This document shows, piece by piece, positions 61,401 through 64,000 of a DNA stretch of 64,000 nt. The position numbers and the translations under genes are program-made. The notes under the pieces were generated by a model. The model was not told the DNA's origin, made no database searches, and saw nothing but the letters and a program-made list of their open reading frames with translations. Source of the stretch: a bacterium. Lineage in GTDB: Bacteria; JAGOBX01. The stretch spans positions 86,898-150,897 of the forward strand of contig JAKPEO010000124.1 of assembly GCA_029551925.1 (NCBI GenBank). Direction: 5' to 3'. The stretch's first letter is position 1; each line of letters opens with the position of its first letter.

Positions 61401-61960
61401 TAAAATTTATTAGCAAATACGATTTATCGCTAATAGATGAATTACCGGACGAAGCACCATTATTTGTTGCAGGATTACTGACAGAAATACAATTAAAATT
61501 TGATAAAAAAAATCAAACTATGTGCATCGGATTTTTAGATACGCTTGACGGGGCATTAGAAACTATAATATTTTCGAGCGTTTATGAAAAATATAAAGAC
61601 CTGATTTTTGAAAATAGTTTTGTCTATATCTTTGGCCGCTTTGAAAAATTATATTCTAATAGATTCTGCGCAATAAAAATTTTTCCTATTGAAAATGGTT
61701 TTAGCGAAATTATCAGCAAAATTAATGTGATAATTGACAATGTCGCGCCGGACGAAACTATTATTAAAACATTAAATAATCTAATTAATAATCAACAGGA
61801 CGGTAAGACAAAAATATTTATTTCATTAAAAACAGACGCTAATAATTTTGCAGTCATCAAACCAAAAAAAAATCAGATAAAAGTCGATTATAATTTTATT
61901 ATCGAACTGCAAACGCGGTTCGGCGAAGAAAATATAAAAATTGAATATTCAGCGTTTTAA
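58496..61960 (+). CDS. dnaE: DNA polymerase III alpha subunit.
   Basis: 1154-aa ORF. PHP domain HLHTHTEYSILDG, polymerase core motifs (GPGRGSAAGCLVAYLLGIT, PDIDIDF) and a C-terminal OB fold. Its ATG directly abuts the TAA stop of the upstream gene (TAAATG). Confidence 0.95.
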   Translation: MAQYTKKKEQQKKIVHLHTHTEYSILDGFCRISNLVQRCKELNMPAVAITDHGVLFGVLEFYQQCYKHGIKPIIGCEIYIAPNSRFIKKTTAGEPKYFHGILLAKNNQGYQNLLKLVSAGFIEGFYFKPRVDKELLAKYSDGLFFLTACKYGELQYYLLKNDLKQLEKSIEDYISIFGIENFFLEIQRHNDPEEETVIKTFAELSVKYNIKLVATNDAHYIHRSDAKFQDALMCIQTGNLLSDENRYKYNTDLLYLKSADEMNELFYDYPEAIENTLKISQHCNVLLDLGANKFHFPIFQLPQEIKSANKYLRDLCYQSADKIFGETRDKKINERLEYELEIIKKMGFASYFLIVADFVEFAKKNNIAVGPGRGSAAGCLVAYLLGITEINPLQYNLLFERFLNTERISMPDIDIDFCFRRRNELFEYARKKYGIDNVSQIITFGTLKMRNAVRDVGRILGVPIAEVNNILKKLPDDTEFNLVELIAKIPELQNYFSKHPQFQDWFTIADAIKGMPRNISTHPAGLVISDRPLVEYLPLYYDTKNEIITTQFDLDGIEKLGLVKMDFLAIKSLTVIDDTLKMIDEKIRPDIRNIPLDDYKTFELLKNGATTGVFQLESKGIQNVMVKLQPDKFTDLIALLALYRPGVLQSGMVDSFINRKHGLEPIKYPHPLLSDILNETYGVILYQEQVMQIANKIAGYSLAKADLLRKAMGKKIPEIMEQEKLPFIEGCQKHSKISQSEAEEIFLLIEKFAEYGFNKSHSAAYALFSYRTAYLKAHFLLEFLIATLSNEIEQNNPKFELFINDALKNNIKILPPDINKSAALFTKENGNIRYGLAAIQNIGLNCIEEIIEERKKNGNFKDLIDFCSRVNIAKIKKNGIESLIYAGAFDFTKYTRATLINSLTTILHSKIQENSKNMDSLFDFSSKEFVEKTYTITPEYPHIEKLLHEKKVLGFYLSEHPLSKYTEEIKFISKYDLSLIDELPDEAPLFVAGLLTEIQLKFDKKNQTMCIGFLDTLDGALETIIFSSVYEKYKDLIFENSFVYIFGRFEKLYSNRFCAIKIFPIENGFSEIISKINVIIDNVAPDETIIKTLNNLINNQQDGKTKIFISLKTDANNFAVIKPKKNQIKVDYNFIIELQTRFGEENIKIEYSAF

Positions 61961-62402
61961 AAATTATCTGTCTATTATTATTATTACATAAAATATTTTT
62001 CGAAAAATAAAATTTCAAAACTCAAAAAACTTACGCGCAATTCTTTTACAAACAAAAAAATGTCTGGCACTATTCGCAAATCATCTCCTTTTTTATTTTT
62101 ATCAAGAATGTTGAAATGAAATTTTAAGATTCTTGTCTGAAAAATACTTATAATTATGTTAGGAATAATAAACAATCGCGTGTCATTCCAAATAAAAATT
62201 TTTATATTTTAATATCTTACAACCTAATATAAAAAATCGGGTTTTTTAAAAATAAAAAAATCCAAAGTTTCATTAACAAATTAGCGCAAAAATGGCATTT
62301 TTTTTAAATCATATTCACTCATAATTCATTATTTTGTTAAAAATATTGCGACTTTTAAACTGTATCAAAATATGTGAATTTGCCAAAAAAATAAAAAAAA
62401 AC

Positions 62403-62430
62403 TTGACAAATGAATTTATTTTAATATAAT
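62403..62430 (+). promoter_or_regulatory. Consensus sigma70 promoter driving tRNA-Leu.
   Basis: TTGACA at 62403-62408, a 16-nt spacer, and TATAAT at 62425-62430. This places it about 67 nt upstream of the tRNA 5' end. Confidence 0.6.
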
Positions 62431-62497
62431 AGCATTCAATATTAATTAAAAGCATTGATTTTTTCAATGTTTTAAGCGATTGTAATTTAAAGTCAAT

Positions 62498-62583
62498 GCC
62501 GAAGTGGCGAAATTGGTAGACGCCCGGGACTTAAAATCCCGTGGGAACTTGTTCCCGTATCGGTTCGAGTCCGATCTTCGGCA
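62498..62583 (+). tRNA. tRNA-Leu, anticodon UAA, type II with a long variable arm.
   Basis: The cloverleaf was read directly from the sequence. Acceptor GCCGAAG/CTTCGGC with discriminator A. Anticodon stem-loop CGGGA-CUUAAAA-UCCCG. Variable-arm hairpin GGGAAC-UUG-UUCCC. T arm ATCGG-TTCGAGT-CCGAT. No CCA is encoded. Confidence 0.9.
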
Positions 62584-62700
62584 CTCCCTTATTATTAACC
62601 TAAATTTTATTTTCATAATATTCAATTAGTTATTAATTCTGCACTGTTATTTTAATATTAAAGAATCTTTCAAAATAGATAATTTCACCCAAATAAGGTA

Positions 62701-63624
62701 TTATATCCCTAAATATTTTTTATAAATAGTTTGGCCATTTGTGCGGTTGTATAACCATATACATTTAAAAATGTATTTATCTTTTTTAGCGATAATTTCT
62801 ATATTGAATATATCGCTTTTTACTTTTAAATAATCGTCGATATATTCAAAATTTTTACGCTGTAATTCCGGTATCAAATCAGGTAGATTATTAATATCTT
62901 TAATTTGGAATTTTTTACGAAATTGCATTAATGCCTCAATTTCGAGATTATCGAGCAATTCAAAACTTTTTAAAATAGTATCACTTACTGTATTTATATT
63001 GTATTTATTATCGCTGTAAATAGTGAAATATTCCCCTAAATATAAATCATTATTTTTTTCAAAATATCCGCCTAAATTTTTTAATAATTTTAGTTCGTCT
63101 AAATTAGAAAAATAATTATTGGGCGCAAGTAATTTATTAACAGTATTGGAATAATAATCGTTTTCTGCGCCGCCAGGCAATGTGATATTATCAGCATCAA
63201 TCCAATCAATAAAAGCATTACCCCAATCTTCCGTAAGTTTATAAAATTTCAAAATATTTCTGATACTTTTTTCAATAAAATTATTTATTTTACCGTCCGG
63301 ATAAACAATTTGATTAATATTAATTTTTGAATCTTCATCTTGAATTTTTACGATAATATTCACATCGTTCAAGTTATAAATTATTGGCGCAGCAAGCAAA
63401 AAATCGTGCAAAGAATCGCAGTTATTTTCTCTACTTTTTTCAAATATTTTTTTCAACGCTACTATAGTATTTTCAATTTCATTTTTGCAGCGAATATACG
63501 CTTTTTTTTTACCGATGTCAAATAGCGAAGATTGAAATAATTGATTATAAAACAAAGTAAGTGAAAATATAAGCAGCGATATAACGCCGATTATAATTAA
63601 AATACTTCCGCGCGAATTAGTCAT
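62701..63624 (-). CDS. GspK-like minor pseudopilin of a type II secretion or type IV pilus-like system.
   Basis: 307-aa ORF. The N-terminus NSRGSILIIIGVISLLIFSLTL resembles the GspK N-terminal RG(v/s)ALLIVL hydrophobic segment. The size fits GspK. Confidence 0.35.
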   Translation of the reverse strand: MTNSRGSILIIIGVISLLIFSLTLFYNQLFQSSLFDIGKKKAYIRCKNEIENTIVALKKIFEKSRENNCDSLHDFLLAAPIIYNLNDVNIIVKIQDEDSKININQIVYPDGKINNFIEKSIRNILKFYKLTEDWGNAFIDWIDADNITLPGGAENDYYSNTVNKLLAPNNYFSNLDELKLLKNLGGYFEKNNDLYLGEYFTIYSDNKYNINTVSDTILKSFELLDNLEIEALMQFRKKFQIKDINNLPDLIPELQRKNFEYIDDYLKVKSDIFNIEIIAKKDKYIFKCIWLYNRTNGQTIYKKYLGI

Positions 63625-63635
63625 ATAATTAATTA

Positions 63636-63959
63636 TTAAGTTATCTCCTGAAAATATTTGCGCAATTCATTTATATTGATATTCAGCCCTAATATCGAAA
63701 GATTATCTTGCATGCCTTCAAAATCAAGCGATGATAAAATTTTATCAATTAATAAATGTTCAGCGCTGTGTTTGTCATTTGCTTTCAATAATTTTGCAAA
63801 CGCTTCTTGAAAAAACGGATATTTTGGGTCATTCAATAATTTATCTAAAATCAAATGAAGAGTAATATGAAAAAACGGATTCGGCGCATCGTCAGAATAT
63901 TGAAAATCATCTGTATTAGCGCATTCATAATGATAATAATATTCAATATGCTCTTGCAT
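63636..63959 (-). CDS. Hypothetical protein. Its true start may lie beyond the window edge.
   Basis: 107-aa ORF immediately upstream of the GspK-like gene. No recognisable motifs. Confidence 0.3.
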   Translation of the reverse strand: MQEHIEYYYHYECANTDDFQYSDDAPNPFFHITLHLILDKLLNDPKYPFFQEAFAKLLKANDKHSAEHLLIDKILSSLDFEGMQDNLSILGLNININELRKYFQEIT

Positions 63960-64000
63960 TATATCGTAAATAAGTTGTTCATCTTCTTCTAATTTTTTTA

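Overview
This is a very AT-rich bacterial chromosomal window. It is gene-dense, and 20.6 kb (1..20600) carries genes only on the minus strand. Overall GC is low, with a few markedly GC-richer genes such as the PFOR gene and the gene at 260..1309. The gene content points to an anaerobic fermenter. It includes pyruvate:ferredoxin oxidoreductase, a complete Na+-pumping methylmalonyl-CoA decarboxylase operon (mmdADCB), uridine phosphorylase, an acyl-CoA synthetase, a PaaK-like ligase and an orphan GcvH. A type IX secretion C-terminal sorting domain and a PorV/PorQ-type outer-membrane protein place it in the FCB-group lineage, for example a Cloacimonadota-like candidate phylum. That assignment is low-confidence inference.

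Housekeeping anchors:
- A PASTA-containing PBP/FtsI.
- dnaE.
- tRNA-Leu(UAA) with a textbook sigma70 promoter.

Most unusual content:
1. An 11.1-kb gene encodes a 3709-aa protein that is all TPR repeats and carries a signal peptide. It is tightly packed with (5-20 bp gaps) and probably co-transcribed with a prohibitin-like SPFH protein and an FN3 lipoprotein.
2. A roughly 1570-aa T9SS cargo gene is split by an apparent +1 frameshift in a T4 run. The frameshift separates the N-terminal part, which carries the signal peptide, from the C-terminal part. The gene sits next to a PorV/PorQ beta-barrel and contains ~0.47-kb DNA tandem repeats, spaced ~0.93 kb apart, that encode Ig-like modules.
3. A 21-nt GC-rich motif, GGGACAGGCGTCACCTCTTCA, recurs in two otherwise AT-rich intergenic regions. 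Each copy has promoter-like and hairpin context, so this may be a candidate small RNA or regulatory element.
4. Two paralogous poly-HAMP chemoreceptors share a roughly 1.2-1.4 kb near-identical 3' half.
5. A PD40/TolB-like protein is probably co-transcribed with the mmd sodium pump.
6. A split XdhC-family accessory pair has no molybdoenzyme nearby in the window.
7. A REC-GGDEF(degenerate)-EAL protein has its stop overlapping the dnaE start codon.

No CRISPR array, transposase, integrase or rRNA gene was seen.
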